Made by a program: the position numbers and the translations under genes
Assembly (NCBI GenBank): GCA_963677485.1
Contig: OY781964.1
Location: 288,001-352,000, forward strand
Reading direction: 5' to 3'
DNA length: 64,000 nucleotides
Origin: Armatimonadota bacterium
GTDB taxonomy: Bacteria; Armatimonadota; HRBIN16
The notes under the pieces: generated by a model
What the model was told of the DNA's origin: nothing
The model's database searches: none
Seen by the model: the letters and a program-made list of their open reading frames with translations, nothing else
In this document: piece after piece, positions 1 to 10,126 of the stretch
Position numbering within the stretch: the stretch's first letter is position 1
Layout: every line of letters begins with the position of its first letter

Positions 1-871
1 TAATCAGCGCGGCGTCCTGTATGTGCTCATCAAAGCGGGCGGAGTCCAGCACGATATCAATGCCTGACCGGAGTTGCGCATTCAAGAATGCAGACAATCC
101 GGCCCCAAGACCGCCTGCCGCACCGGCACCAGGCAGGTCGATGATCTGCTTACCAAGGTCGCGTTTGATCACCCTGGCGTAGTTCGCAAGGGCTGCGTCA
201 AGCTCCGCGACCATCTGCGGTGTGGCCCCCTTCTGAGGGCCATAGATTGCGGAGGCACCCTCGGGGCCGCAGAGTGGGTTGGTCACATCACAGGCCACTT
301 CGAACACGAGTTTATCCGGTAAGTGAATGAAGCCATACATGTCTATCCGGTCAAGCTGAGCCAGCGCGGCTCCCCCCGGGGGTAGTTCACGACCGGCACT
401 GTCCAAAAACTTCGCGCCAAGTGCCGCCATCGCACCGGCCCCACACTCGTTGGTCGCGCTGCCGCCGATGCCGATGATGATCTTCTTCACACCCGCGTGG
501 ATGGCCGCAAGGATCAGCTCACCGGTGCCATACGTGCTGGTGAGCATCGGGTTGCGTTCTTCCTCTGACAGCAGACAGAGACCCGAGGCCGCCGCCATCT
601 CCACCACCGCGGTTTGGCCATCAGCCAGGATGCCAAGATACGCGCTGATTTCACGCATCAACGGGTCACGCACCTTCAGATGGTGCTTATCTCCACCCGC
701 TGCCAGCAGCAGAGCGTCGACCGTGCCCTCCCCGCCATCGGCCACCGGGACGAGAACAGTTTGCAAGTCGCATGCAACACCGGCCCTGGATATACCCTTG
801 GCAATAGCCTGCGAAACCTCGATCGACGAAAGGCTGCCCTTAAATGAGTCCGGACAGATCACTACCTTCAT
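1..871 (-). CDS. Glycerate kinase (GlxK/GarK family), runs off the window start
   Basis: Not in the ORF track. Manual minus-strand translation from ATG at 871 gives MKVVICPDSFKGSLSS...PVADGGEGT...VEMAAASGL...TSTYGTGELI...GIGGSATN...CDVTNPLCGPEGASAIYGPQKGA...GAGAAGGLG, the family signatures. RBS GGAAGGTG upstream. Confidence 0.95.
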   Translation of the reverse strand, partial: MKVVICPDSFKGSLSSIEVSQAIAKGISRAGVACDLQTVLVPVADGGEGTVDALLLAAGGDKHHLKVRDPLMREISAYLGILADGQTAVVEMAAASGLCLLSEEERNPMLTSTYGTGELILAAIHAGVKKIIIGIGGSATNECGAGAMAALGAKFLDSAGRELPPGGAALAQLDRIDMYGFIHLPDKLVFEVACDVTNPLCGPEGASAIYGPQKGATPQMVAELDAALANYARVIKRDLGKQIIDLPGAGAAGGLGAGLSAFLNAQLRSGIDIVLDSARFDEHIQDAALI

Positions 872-915
872 GCTTTCACCTTCCAAGTGCCAACTAAACA
901 GCTTCTCATGCCTGG

Positions 916-2403
916 CTATTCCGCCATAAATTGGAATGCATATAACTTCGCGTTACGCCCTTCAAAGTAGACGCGGATGGGTTTGCCTTTCAGCGAGGAT
1001 ACATCGCTGTTGCCCTTCCACCTGAGCTTGGTGTCGACGAAGTTCCCGCCGATCTCCTCGCAGTCGGCCAGCGTAAATCCTGGCAGCGGCTTGTCATTTG
1101 CGTCGCGCAGCTCCACTTTCAGGTGCCCCATCGCGCCGGTGTCCACATTCAACTCCAGAGACTTACCGTTAAAGCTGATCACGGGCGTCAGCATATTGCC
1201 GCCTGCATAGGCGAAATCGAGGGACATGAAGCCATCCAGGCGCTGTTTGAGCACATAGGTTCTGGCTGGGACGTTGACGAGTTTGTCATATTCGGGGCGC
1301 AGGATGCCACCGTCATGCAGATGGGCGGTCGACCAGTAATACTGGTAGAGCCAACTGCCCTTACGTATGATACCCGAGCCCATCATGACCAGCCATCGGT
1401 CGGGTTCATCGGGCAGCCCCATCGGGAAGTAAGAGGAGCGGTCATCACGCTTCCAGCTCACTCCGTCACGGCTCACCGCCATCTGCACATCCATCAAACC
1501 ATAATCATTGCCCGGCTCAAACCGGAACCAGGGCTGCTGATTCTGTGAAAAATGCCGGAACATCGAGGGAAACGCCAGGTAGACATCCTGTGCCCAGGGA
1601 TAGATGCTAATGGCACTGCAATACATATCGGAATGGGGATCATCGTGTTCATCGGTCTTGAGCACCACCGGCCAGTGTGACGGTTCCGCCCAGAAGTCGA
1701 CAGGTGCGGTGCCATTGAACGGCCAGGGTTTGAGTATATCATCCATCTCCATACGGGCGAACTGCCGCTGGTTTTCGCCGTTGCGGTTCAATACCCGAAT
1801 CCAAGCCACATACTTGTTGATCCTGGTATCCCACTCAACATTGATGTTGCCCTCGGGCCTAAGCGGCAGCATACGTCCGACCAGCGTAAAGTGGATGCCA
1901 TCAGCCGAATAATAACCGTAGATACCATGCCCATCCTTGCCGCTATTATCCCAGTCGGCACGAAACATCTTATAACGGCGTTCTGGCTTATCATGTGGAT
2001 CCACCATGATGGTGGCATCAAGGGACATCCCGGGGATCATGTTCACAGGCTGGCGTCCAAACCCCAGGTCGGGTTTATCCCAATGCAGGCCATCGGTCGA
2101 CTCTGCGTAGCAGATGTTGTGGTCGTTCTCGAACGAGCTGTAATACATCTTGATCTTCCCGCCATCAGTGATGACTTTAAAGTATCCGCCAGTCTTTTCA
2201 TCGGACGGATTGCCCTTCATATCTAGAACAGGCCCAAGCTTCTGAGCTAGATTCATCCTTAAGGTGACCCCGCTGCTGGGCCCCACAAACTTCGAGTCGA
2301 TGAATAGCTGCTTCCGGTTGCCCACAGGCAGCACCTCTGCGGACACGCTTACACACAATAACGCAGACAGGCACAGTAGTGCCCAACATTTCAATCCACT
2401 CAA
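916..2403 (-). CDS. Secreted beta-propeller glycoside-hydrolase-like protein (GH32/GH43-like clan)
   Basis: Signal peptide, KQLFID N-terminus, Asp-box-like S-x-DG-x-x-W repeats (YAESTDGLHW, YSADGIHF, VSRDGVSW), and a C-terminal RLDGF...beta-sandwich ending LYAFQF. Substrate unknown. Confidence 0.7.
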   Translation of the reverse strand: MSGLKCWALLCLSALLCVSVSAEVLPVGNRKQLFIDSKFVGPSSGVTLRMNLAQKLGPVLDMKGNPSDEKTGGYFKVITDGGKIKMYYSSFENDHNICYAESTDGLHWDKPDLGFGRQPVNMIPGMSLDATIMVDPHDKPERRYKMFRADWDNSGKDGHGIYGYYSADGIHFTLVGRMLPLRPEGNINVEWDTRINKYVAWIRVLNRNGENQRQFARMEMDDILKPWPFNGTAPVDFWAEPSHWPVVLKTDEHDDPHSDMYCSAISIYPWAQDVYLAFPSMFRHFSQNQQPWFRFEPGNDYGLMDVQMAVSRDGVSWKRDDRSSYFPMGLPDEPDRWLVMMGSGIIRKGSWLYQYYWSTAHLHDGGILRPEYDKLVNVPARTYVLKQRLDGFMSLDFAYAGGNMLTPVISFNGKSLELNVDTGAMGHLKVELRDANDKPLPGFTLADCEEIGGNFVDTKLRWKGNSDVSSLKGKPIRVYFEGRNAKLYAFQFMAE

Positions 2404-2657
2404 TCAGGGTTCCTCCGGACTAGTTATATCTCAGTATTCGACATCAAGAAGCACACGGTAGTTACACGGCATCAACACGAATTGGTAATATCGTATGATG
2501 CCTGAACCACATTATATGTATGGTGAGCATATTATGCTGATAGTTCTGCCATACTTATTATATAAAGATACTTCCCGTGGCTTGTGACTGTGTGCACTCC
2601 ACGGTACGCAAGGATCATACTACGAGACCAGTGGACACTGACCAAGGGGATTTACTT

Positions 2658-3092
2658 ATGTATTTACCGAATTTCGACCGTTGCCGTGACTGGGGACTGC
2701 TTGTCTTACGCGTGGGGATTGGGCTTATGTTTGTGGCACATGGTCTGCCCTTAGTGACGGGTGGTGTACAGACATGGAACCATTTAGGAGCTGCGCTGCC
2801 GATAGCTGGTCCACCCTTCTTCCACACCTTCATGGGATTCCTGGCCGCCATGTCCGAGTTCGGCGGCGGGTTGCTGCTGGTTCTAGGATTCTTCACCCGC
2901 TTGGCAGCGTTTATGATGTTTTTCACGATGGCGGTCGCCTTTTCCATGCACCTTCGGCATGGCGACGACTTTAACACCTTCTCCCACGCCGTGGAGGCGG
3001 GTATTCTGTTCTTCAGCCTGATCTTCATCGGTCCTGGCAAGTACTCGCTAGATGCGAAGCTGGGCAAGTACAACCCGCTCCTCAGGAGGTAG
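2658..3092 (+). CDS. DoxX family membrane protein
   Basis: GLLVLRVGIGLMFVAHG, EFGGGLLLVLGFFTR and GPGKYSLD motifs. Start moved to ATG 2658 behind AAGGGGA. Confidence 0.9.
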   Translation: MYLPNFDRCRDWGLLVLRVGIGLMFVAHGLPLVTGGVQTWNHLGAALPIAGPPFFHTFMGFLAAMSEFGGGLLLVLGFFTRLAAFMMFFTMAVAFSMHLRHGDDFNTFSHAVEAGILFFSLIFIGPGKYSLDAKLGKYNPLLRR

Positions 3093-3141
3093 GATGGCGG
3101 GTAGGGAGGGAGGTAACGACGCCGAACATCACCTTATTCCC

Positions 3142-3197
3142 ATCTGCGTCATCCGCGTCATCTGTGGATGACCCCTCCCCTTCGCGCCTTCGCGTGA
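3142..3197. repeat. Intergenic micro-repeat mosaic (9-nt triplet plus 8-nt unit)
   Basis: ATCTGCGTC ATCCGCGTC ATCTGTGGAT followed by TTCGCGCCTTCGCGTGA; both motifs recur across the window. Confidence 0.85.
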
Positions 3198-3299
3198 CGT
3201 ATTCCGGTGAAGCCATCAGGCCACTTTGACCACATCAACCGGTACGTCGGCGTCCGTGCTAGATACCCTCCGTATCAACCTGGAATGCTACTTCTCAGG

Positions 3300-5021
3300 C
3301 TAATCCATGGGTACGCCTCCGTCACGAAAGACATCAACCATGGGCTTGCTTTGTTGTCGAATCAGGTCGATTTCTTCTGGCGTCATGCTATCACTGACCA
3401 CCTTATTGACGTAGCTCATATTACGAAAGGACCGGGCATCCATATGGTCCCATGCCTCAAGAATCCCTTTTAACGCCAGAGCACGCGATTTATCGTTCAT
3501 ATTTCCCATGACGCTGAATATCCGCTGTTGAAGAGTGCGTATGGCTGCTACTGGAATATCGTTAGTGTCAACTTGGTTTGGATCGGCAGTGACGTCTAGC
3601 AGGTTGAGCCCGTCTTTCGTAGCCCAATCTGGTCGTGCGTTGTAAACAACGTAAATCGCAGCCGCGTCAAAAGGCGGATCCATAGATGGCAACCCCGTCT
3701 CGTAGTCCGATTCCACATCAATAGAATTCAAGAAACAACCCATTTTGTGCGATTTATCATTGACCATTAACAACCCGGTGGCATTCATGTATGTGATGGT
3801 CCTGACCATGGCAACCAAACGTTCCGGCTTGGGCATCTTGGTCTTAGCTCGCAAGTAGATCTTGCGCCAGCCGACGTTTGGATACGGCTTTAGCGCATTG
3901 GTAAGTGCTTGTTCCAGAGTCTTCGCGTTTGGGTCGATAATCACCCTATTGACTAAGCTGGAATCGACGATGAGTGTCTTGCCAAACCGTTTGGCCCATT
4001 CCGATAGAATCGCGATGGGTTTCCCTAACGCTTCGGAATCGGCTACCATATTGTAATACCTGTCTTCCATCCGCTTCTGCGCTTGCAGTTTGAGCTCTTC
4101 CTCATGGCCGTTGGCATTCGACACGTATACTTTAGTTAATTTGATGAAGTCCTCCGCGCGCTTACCATTTTGTATATCAAGCTCCATTATGTCATAGGAT
4201 CGCTTCAATTTCGCTTCCATCACCTGGGGTGAGCTGTTGTCCATATACTTCCAAGCCTCCATCATCCACTTGCCATACTCTGCAGCATCGACGTAATCCA
4301 GGATGTTCCCCATCATCTTTTGCGCCTTGACACCTTCTTCTAATGGCATCTTTGCGATGGTATTCCACCAATTTATATAGATGGTGGAGCACATCTGTTC
4401 ATTCAGTGCATTTTCGTTGATGAGGTTTGGGTTGGCAACCAGCTCTTTCAAGTTGATCCCACCAGCGGATGCCCACGTGGGCATTGTGTTAAAGACAACG
4501 TAGACAATTTGCTTGTTGAAGGCGGGCTTCATGTCGCTTAGTTTGGATTCTAGTCCTTTAGGTACCGGATTATCTTTCACGAAACTGCTGATCTTGGCGT
4601 TCATCTGGTCTTTCACGATCATATCAACCGCTTCATCGGCGTTCATGGTACGCATCATCGCCGCTAAATGCGCAGCCTGAGGCATATCCATCTTCTCGCG
4701 TATATAGAGCTTACGCCACACGATGTATTTATACGGCGCCAGTGCCGAATCTAGTCCAGCCTCGAATGACACGGTCGGCGATTCGATCTTGACCGATACT
4801 TTAAGGCTCGGTTCAATGACCAGTTGGACGCTGTGTTTCGCGGCCCAATCGGCCAGCACATCGCCGATGGGCTTGCCATCGACGGCAGGCGCCGCGCTCT
4901 CCGCTTGCGGCGATGCAGTCGCAGCTTCGGTTGCACCGGTGGGTGCCTCCGCCGGTTGAGGTGCCTGGGCATAACATACAGAGGCGGTCATGCACATGAT
5001 CGCGAAATAGCCAAGTTTCAC
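3300..5021 (-). CDS. Secreted hypothetical protein with an internal duplication; possible STN-like modules
   Basis: Signal peptide and Ala/Pro linker, then two alignable repeats (KPIGDVLADWAAK...WRKLYIREK...VYVVFNTMPTWAS and KPIAILSEWAKR...WRKIYLRAK...IYVVYNARPDWAT). Confidence 0.75.
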   Translation of the reverse strand: MKLGYFAIMCMTASVCYAQAPQPAEAPTGATEAATASPQAESAAPAVDGKPIGDVLADWAAKHSVQLVIEPSLKVSVKIESPTVSFEAGLDSALAPYKYIVWRKLYIREKMDMPQAAHLAAMMRTMNADEAVDMIVKDQMNAKISSFVKDNPVPKGLESKLSDMKPAFNKQIVYVVFNTMPTWASAGGINLKELVANPNLINENALNEQMCSTIYINWWNTIAKMPLEEGVKAQKMMGNILDYVDAAEYGKWMMEAWKYMDNSSPQVMEAKLKRSYDIMELDIQNGKRAEDFIKLTKVYVSNANGHEEELKLQAQKRMEDRYYNMVADSEALGKPIAILSEWAKRFGKTLIVDSSLVNRVIIDPNAKTLEQALTNALKPYPNVGWRKIYLRAKTKMPKPERLVAMVRTITYMNATGLLMVNDKSHKMGCFLNSIDVESDYETGLPSMDPPFDAAAIYVVYNARPDWATKDGLNLLDVTADPNQVDTNDIPVAAIRTLQQRIFSVMGNMNDKSRALALKGILEAWDHMDARSFRNMSYVNKVVSDSMTPEEIDLIRQQSKPMVDVFRDGGVPMD

Positions 5022-5193
5022 GTGGAAATCCTCCTGGTTGACATTACAGCTTATTTATACCCGTTGTGAGCGTACAATGCAATGGTTATTAGGCCACTGC
5101 CATCCCATTTTCATACAAATCGGTGGTTTTGCTTTTTGGCCGGTGCTTACAGACCCAGGAAATCAGCCCTGGTTCTAGCAACTGCCCCGGAAT

Positions 5194-5377
5194 GCCAATC
5201 GGGAGATTGGCGTTCCCAGGTGGCCATACGCCTGGACATTGTTCCTAATCTGTGTAATCTGCGTAATCTGTGTATGCCTCCTCCCCCTTCGCGTCTTCGC
5301 GTCTTCGCGTGACATATTTAGGGGAAGTCATCAGGCAACGTCGAACTCATCTGAGTCATCTGCGTAATCTGTGGATG
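5194..5377. repeat. Intergenic repeat mosaic
   Basis: GCCAATCGGGAGATTGGCGTTCCCAGG hairpin, ATCTGTGTAATCTGCGTAATCTGTG, TTCGCGTCTTCGCGTCTTCGCGTGA and ATCTGAGTCATCTGCGTAATCTGTGGAT. Confidence 0.85.
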
Positions 5378-5449
5378 GTTCGTGAGGAAGTCTATATACT
5401 GAGGAGTGCTGGTGGTGGTACCTGGGTGCAGGTTCGTGGTCAGAAAAAC

Positions 5450-5525
5450 TGGCGCGCCCGGAGGGATTCGAACCCCCAACCCTCAGCTCCGAAGGCTGAT
5501 GCTCTATCCGTTGAGCTACGGGCGC
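5450..5525 (-). tRNA. tRNA-Arg (anticodon TCG)
   Basis: Reverse complement GCGCCCGTAGCTCAACGGATAGAGCATCAGCCTTCGGAGCTGAGGGTTGGGGGTTCGAATCCCTCCGGGCGCGCCA: 76-nt cloverleaf, anticodon stem TCAGC/GCTGA, loop CT-TCG-GA, GTTCGAATC T-loop, encoded CCA. Confidence 0.95.
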
Positions 5526-5617
5526 ACGCAAAAGTTATGTTAACATAAATCGGGGGTTCTCGGCAACTCGCTGCCCCCTCTCGACACCCGTCGTCCCGCC
5601 CCTCTGGAGGTTTTTCC

Positions 5618-6472
5618 GTGCGTGCTCTCCGCGAAATCCTTGAGATGATCAAGTTCGAACACACCCTGTTTGCGCTGCCGTTCGCGCTGATGTCCGCCCT
5701 CATCGCCGCCAACGGACTGCCACCGTGGCCGGTGCTGGGCTGGATACTGCTGGCGATGGTCGGCGCGCGCTCGGCGGCCATGACCATGAACCGGATCATC
5801 GATGCGGCCATCGACGCGAAGAACCCCCGCACCGCCACACGCGCCATCCCATCCGCGCGGATATCGCTGGCTCAGGCGTGGCTGTTCACCGTGGTGATGT
5901 CCGCCCTGTTTGTCTATGCGGCTTATCGCCTCAACACGCTCGCATTCTGGCTTTCACCTGTGGCGCTGCTCTGGGTGTTCGGCTACTCCTACACCAAGCG
6001 GTTCAGCTCGTTCTGCCACCTCTGGCTGGGACTGGGGCTGGCCATTGCTCCCATGGGTGCCTGGATCGCCGTGCGCGGTCGGTTTGATCTATTGCCCATG
6101 GCGCTCGCCGCGGCGGTTGCGTTGTGGACCGCCGGGTTTGATGTGTTCTACAGCCTGCAGGATATCGCCTTTGACCGCCAGCAGAACCTGAACTCCATCC
6201 CCGTGCGGTTTGGTGTCACGCGCTCGCTGTGGATCAGCAAGGTGATGCACTTTGTGATGATATTGCTGATGGTGTGGGTCGGCATCTTGGGCACGATGGG
6301 CACCCTCTACTGGCTGGGGTTGTTGGCCATCGCAGTGCTGATGATCAACGTGCACCGGCAGGTGAAACCCGATGACCTCAGCCGTATCAACATGGCTTTC
6401 TTTACCATCAACGGCTGGGTTGGGGTGGTCGCGCTGGCGTTCACTACAGGAGACATATGGCTGGGGCGGTAA
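5618..6472 (+). CDS. UbiA-family prenyltransferase (MqnP-like, futalosine menaquinone pathway)
   Basis: IKFEHTLFALPFA, ARSAAMTMNRIIDAAIDAKNPRT, YSYTKRF and AGFDVFYSLQD motifs; adjacent to mqnA. Confidence 0.9.
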   Translation: MRALREILEMIKFEHTLFALPFALMSALIAANGLPPWPVLGWILLAMVGARSAAMTMNRIIDAAIDAKNPRTATRAIPSARISLAQAWLFTVVMSALFVYAAYRLNTLAFWLSPVALLWVFGYSYTKRFSSFCHLWLGLGLAIAPMGAWIAVRGRFDLLPMALAAAVALWTAGFDVFYSLQDIAFDRQQNLNSIPVRFGVTRSLWISKVMHFVMILLMVWVGILGTMGTLYWLGLLAIAVLMINVHRQVKPDDLSRINMAFFTINGWVGVVALAFTTGDIWLGR

Positions 6473-7224
6473 TTGGCTGTGTGCCCTACCTCAACGCCCG
6501 GCCGCTAACACGCTGGCTGGAACTGGCCGCTGCGGAGCACCCGGAGTATGAGCTGAGGTATCGCGTGCCCTCGCAGCTCGCGAAGCAGATGCTGGCCGGC
6601 AAATATGCGTGCGGGATGCTCTCCAGCGTGGTCCTGGCCCGCAACCCCCACTTGTCTTTCGTGCCCGATGTGGCCATCGCCAGCAACGGCCCTGTGGCCA
6701 GTGTGAAGCTGTTTACCAGCACGCCGGTATCGCAGATCCGTAGTGTGGCTTTGGATACCAGCTCACTGACCAGCGTGGCGCTGGCGCGCGTGCTTCTGGC
6801 CCGCCGGTATGGTGTCACACCGACATTTCACGACGCTCCACCCGATCTGCCAATTATGCTGCAGCAGGCGGACGCCGCGGTGATCATCGGCGACCCCTGC
6901 CTGCTCACGGACCCCATGGGCTGCGACCAAATCGACCTGGGCGATTGCTGGACAGAATGGACCGGCCTGCCCTTCGTGTGGGCGCTATGGATCGGCCGAC
7001 CGGAGCTGCTCACGGAACCCCTCGTCACACTGCTCCAACAAGCGCGTGACTGGGGTGTTGAGCACCTTCCGCAGATCATCACCGAGGAGCAAGGTTCGCG
7101 TGCCGAATTGGCCCATCTGGTGGAATATTACCTGAAGCACAACGTCAGCCACAGTTTTTCCGGTCAGTACATCGAGGGCTTCGCTAGGTTTCGCCAGGAG
7201 CTGACCGAGTTGGGTCTCGCCTGA
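6457..7224 (+). CDS. mqnA: Chorismate dehydratase MqnA
   Basis: VPYLNARPL, IASNGPVASVKL, SSLTSVALAR, AAVIIGD and DLGDCWTEWTGLPFVWALW motifs. Confidence 0.9.
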   Translation: MAGAVIGCVPYLNARPLTRWLELAAAEHPEYELRYRVPSQLAKQMLAGKYACGMLSSVVLARNPHLSFVPDVAIASNGPVASVKLFTSTPVSQIRSVALDTSSLTSVALARVLLARRYGVTPTFHDAPPDLPIMLQQADAAVIIGDPCLLTDPMGCDQIDLGDCWTEWTGLPFVWALWIGRPELLTEPLVTLLQQARDWGVEHLPQIITEEQGSRAELAHLVEYYLKHNVSHSFSGQYIEGFARFRQELTELGLA

Positions 7225-7237
7225 ACGACATGGGTAT

Positions 7238-7517
7238 GGGCGGCCAGGCGGCCGCCCAATGACCGCGCCGGTTTTTTCCTAACCGGGGCGGTCTGGCGGA
7301 TAGCCCCAGGGAGTTGTCTGAACCACGGATTACACGGATAGGGAGGATGGGCAGGATGGGGAGGGAGATGGCAACCTCTGCACCGCCATCGTATAGGTAT
7401 TCCCGCGGTTACCCTGATGGGCGCCACCAAACCGCCCCGCCGTGTCCTTCAGGGCGCGGATGTGGGCATATGACATGTGGATAAATGACAGTATTAGGGC
7501 GGCCAGGTGGCCGCCCT
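7238..7517. repeat. Intergenic hairpin pair plus 9-nt micro-repeat between convergent genes
   Basis: GGGCGGCCAGG(C/T)GGCCGCCC hairpin near 7238 and 7497, and TCTGAACCACGGATTACACGGAT near 7317. Confidence 0.7.
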
Positions 7518-7526
7518 ATCGAAGCT

Positions 7527-9524
7527 CTACAGGTACCGCCCGACCAGCACGCCATAAGCGGGCAGGTCAATCGTTCCGCTCAGTGTCTGGCCGGTGATCA
7601 AGTCCACCGCAGGCCGGCTCAAGGTGAGCGTGGCGGGCTTGTTATCCATCTCCACCGCAGCAAAGCCCTCACCGCCCGCACCGTCACGCGGCACGAACAG
7701 CAGGCTGTCGCTGGCCTGAGCAACGGGCAGAACTCCGCACTCCGCACCGTATTGCGCCACCAACTTCACCAGTTGCTCAGGCTTGGGCATGGTGCCCATC
7801 AGCACGATCTTGCCCTTACCCATTTTGGCCTCCACGATGGCAGCGTCACCGACAAATGGACCGTCGGTGTAGCTGGCGATCACCTTCGCGCCGTTGGGCT
7901 GGAAGCTGTCGAACCACACCGAACCCTGTGACTCGCTGCCGTCCTGCCACTTCAAGCCGAATTCAACAGGCTCACCGGGGATCTGCAGATCGGAGTATAC
8001 CCCGGTCCACTCCTCAAGCACCCCAAACGGCGAGTGGGTGAACTTGCTGAGGTGCTGGTCGCGAACGTCGGTCATCGGCCCCACGATCCAGGTTCCGCCA
8101 TCGGTGATCCACTTGTGCAGCTTCTGCTGCAGACCGCTCTCACCTATCCACGGCAGGAATGGCGTCAGGATCATCTTGTAAGCGTCAAGCTCCACCACGG
8201 GGTAGATCACATCGAGGCGGAACTGAGACCTGATGAGCGGGTGATACACCATACTCAACATTTTACTCAGCAGATCGAAGCCGTTGACTTGTGGCACAGC
8301 ACTGACCTGGATATTGGCAAAGTCGCTGAAGTGCAGCGCCAGTCCGCTGCCGGTTGGCCGTGTCGTGCGCAGATACTCTCCCGCTTTGTCGATCATGCCA
8401 TCACTGATGCGCTGGCACTCAGCAAAGAAGTGCGACTTGCGGCCGCAACTGCTCACAGGCGAGCCAAACATCTGCTCCTGGCCAGTTCGGTGCGAATACC
8501 ACACCCAGTACATGCTCGCCTCGCCGCCCTGGATGATCGGCATCCAGGTATTCGCTCTGCAGAACCCATCGGTCTGGTAGCCGGAAGTGGTGGTCGCTCC
8601 AGCCCAGCTAGGCGCAGCTTCGGTGTTCCAGAATGGCTGATCGGGCTTGATCGGACGCAGCATGTCAAACCAGAACGCGGCGTCACGCAGCCCCTGGTGG
8701 AAATGGTAGTGGTTATATTGCACCACATCCATCTTGAGGTTCATCTCATAGTGGTCAATGCCGAGGATCATCATCATGTCGGTACCGATCATCTTCGCGC
8801 CGTTTTCGCGCAGGACATCCGCATGCTCCCACACGAAGTCGATGTAGCTCTTGGACATAAATTCGCTCCAGCTAGCCAGCAATGTGGGGTGATGCCAGAC
8901 ATCCTTGCGGGGAACCGGCAGTTGCGAGAAGGACTGGTATTCCATACTCCAAAGCGTATTGCACCAGGCGTCATTCAGCTTATCGATGCTGCCGAAACGT
9001 TGCCTCATCATCTCCTGGAACTCACGCTGGCAGACAGGGCAGCAGCATGAGCGCGAGTCGAAGTTGACCGGAAACACCTCGTTGTCGATCTGCCAGCCAA
9101 TGACTGCGGGGTGACTGGCGAATTTCTTGGCCAGTTCGGTCACGACCGCGCGGCAGAGACGCCGATAGGTGGAGTTGTTGGGACAGGTGTGACGGCGTGA
9201 GCCGTGAATCCACTTCGTGCCGTCCGGGGCCACGAACAGGATTTCAGGGTAACGCTCCACCGCCCAGACAGGAGGGGTCGCGCCGGGCGTACACATCACC
9301 ACACCGATACCGGCCGCACCAAGCTTATCTATGACGCGGGTCAGCCAGTCAAGCTCGAATCGGCCCTCTTCGGGCTCCATGCGGCTCCAGGCGAACTCCG
9401 CGATTCGCATCACATTCATCCCCGCCTCCTTCATCAGGCGGATGTCCTCATCGATCTGGCTTTCCGGCCAGTCCTCAGGATAATACGCGGCACCGTAATA
9501 TGGCGGTTTCAATTCGAATGGCAT
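7527..9524 (-). CDS. Beta-galactosidase, GH42 family
   Basis: YYGAAYYPEDWP, RIAEFAWSRMEPEEG, TPGATPPVW, HGSRRHTCPN, GWQIDNE, a Cys cluster CCCPVC and a C-terminal trimerisation-like domain. Confidence 0.92.
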   Translation of the reverse strand: MPFELKPPYYGAAYYPEDWPESQIDEDIRLMKEAGMNVMRIAEFAWSRMEPEEGRFELDWLTRVIDKLGAAGIGVVMCTPGATPPVWAVERYPEILFVAPDGTKWIHGSRRHTCPNNSTYRRLCRAVVTELAKKFASHPAVIGWQIDNEVFPVNFDSRSCCCPVCQREFQEMMRQRFGSIDKLNDAWCNTLWSMEYQSFSQLPVPRKDVWHHPTLLASWSEFMSKSYIDFVWEHADVLRENGAKMIGTDMMMILGIDHYEMNLKMDVVQYNHYHFHQGLRDAAFWFDMLRPIKPDQPFWNTEAAPSWAGATTTSGYQTDGFCRANTWMPIIQGGEASMYWVWYSHRTGQEQMFGSPVSSCGRKSHFFAECQRISDGMIDKAGEYLRTTRPTGSGLALHFSDFANIQVSAVPQVNGFDLLSKMLSMVYHPLIRSQFRLDVIYPVVELDAYKMILTPFLPWIGESGLQQKLHKWITDGGTWIVGPMTDVRDQHLSKFTHSPFGVLEEWTGVYSDLQIPGEPVEFGLKWQDGSESQGSVWFDSFQPNGAKVIASYTDGPFVGDAAIVEAKMGKGKIVLMGTMPKPEQLVKLVAQYGAECGVLPVAQASDSLLFVPRDGAGGEGFAAVEMDNKPATLTLSRPAVDLITGQTLSGTIDLPAYGVLVGRYL

Positions 9525-9754
9525 GTTGTGGTTACCTCCGGCTTAAGGAACAGATTAGAGATATATACATCACCGTATAACATAACAGAATCGGCTTGTG
9601 ATAGGTAGGGGTGTACCGTATATGCACAGATTCAACTTATTCGCGCCCATGGTTGATTGAGGCAGTCGGTTACGGACAACCCGCAAGCTGACAAACGCCA
9701 AGGAATACAGCATAATAGTAATAGATACAAACGACATTGAGGGCAAACCATCAG

Positions 9755-10126
9755 ATGATTCTACGCCAATTCCTGCGAGCCAAAATCCACCGTGCCACCG
9801 TGACTGAGGCCAACATCGAATATATCGGCAGCATCACGGTCGACAGTTCTCTACTAGCCAAAGTGGGTATGAGCGCGGGCGAGCTGGTTCACGTGTGGAA
9901 CATCACCAACGGGTCTCGCCTGGAGACCTATATCATCGAAGGCGCCCCGGGCAGCGGTATCATCTGCATGAACGGTGCTGGCGCCCATCTGATGAACGTC
10001 GGCGACCAAGTGATCATCGCCGCTTTCGCACTGGCTGACGAACCCGTGACCGCGAAGGTGATCCTGGTGGATGAAAAGAACCGGTTCGAACGCTACCTCT
10101 CCTCCCAACCCAGCCGGGGATATTAA
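9755..10126 (+). CDS. panD: Aspartate 1-decarboxylase
   Basis: KIHRATVTEANIEYIG-SITVD (Gly-Ser self-cleavage site), NGSRLETYII and ICMNGAGAH. Start taken at ATG 9755. Confidence 0.95.
   Translation: MILRQFLRAKIHRATVTEANIEYIGSITVDSSLLAKVGMSAGELVHVWNITNGSRLETYIIEGAPGSGIICMNGAGAHLMNVGDQVIIAAFALADEPVTAKVILVDEKNRFERYLSSQPSRGY

Noticed and set aside
74-929. Plus-strand ORFs 74..322, 450..929 and 614..847
   Set aside because: Antisense shadows of the minus-strand glycerate kinase gene.
3100-5450. Genomic island integrated at the 3' end of tRNA-Arg
   Set aside because: No integrase, and I found no duplicated tRNA 3' end (att site) in the window.
5331-5847. ORFs 5270..5548, 5331..5531 and 5440..5847
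   Set aside because: They overlap the tRNA gene and the prenyltransferase start; spurious.
8034-9050. Long antisense ORFs (also 17650..18486, 29132..29920, 40591..41424, 50419..51381, 51501..52319, 56936..57724)
   Set aside because: They lie opposite well-supported genes, as expected from GC-rich codon bias.
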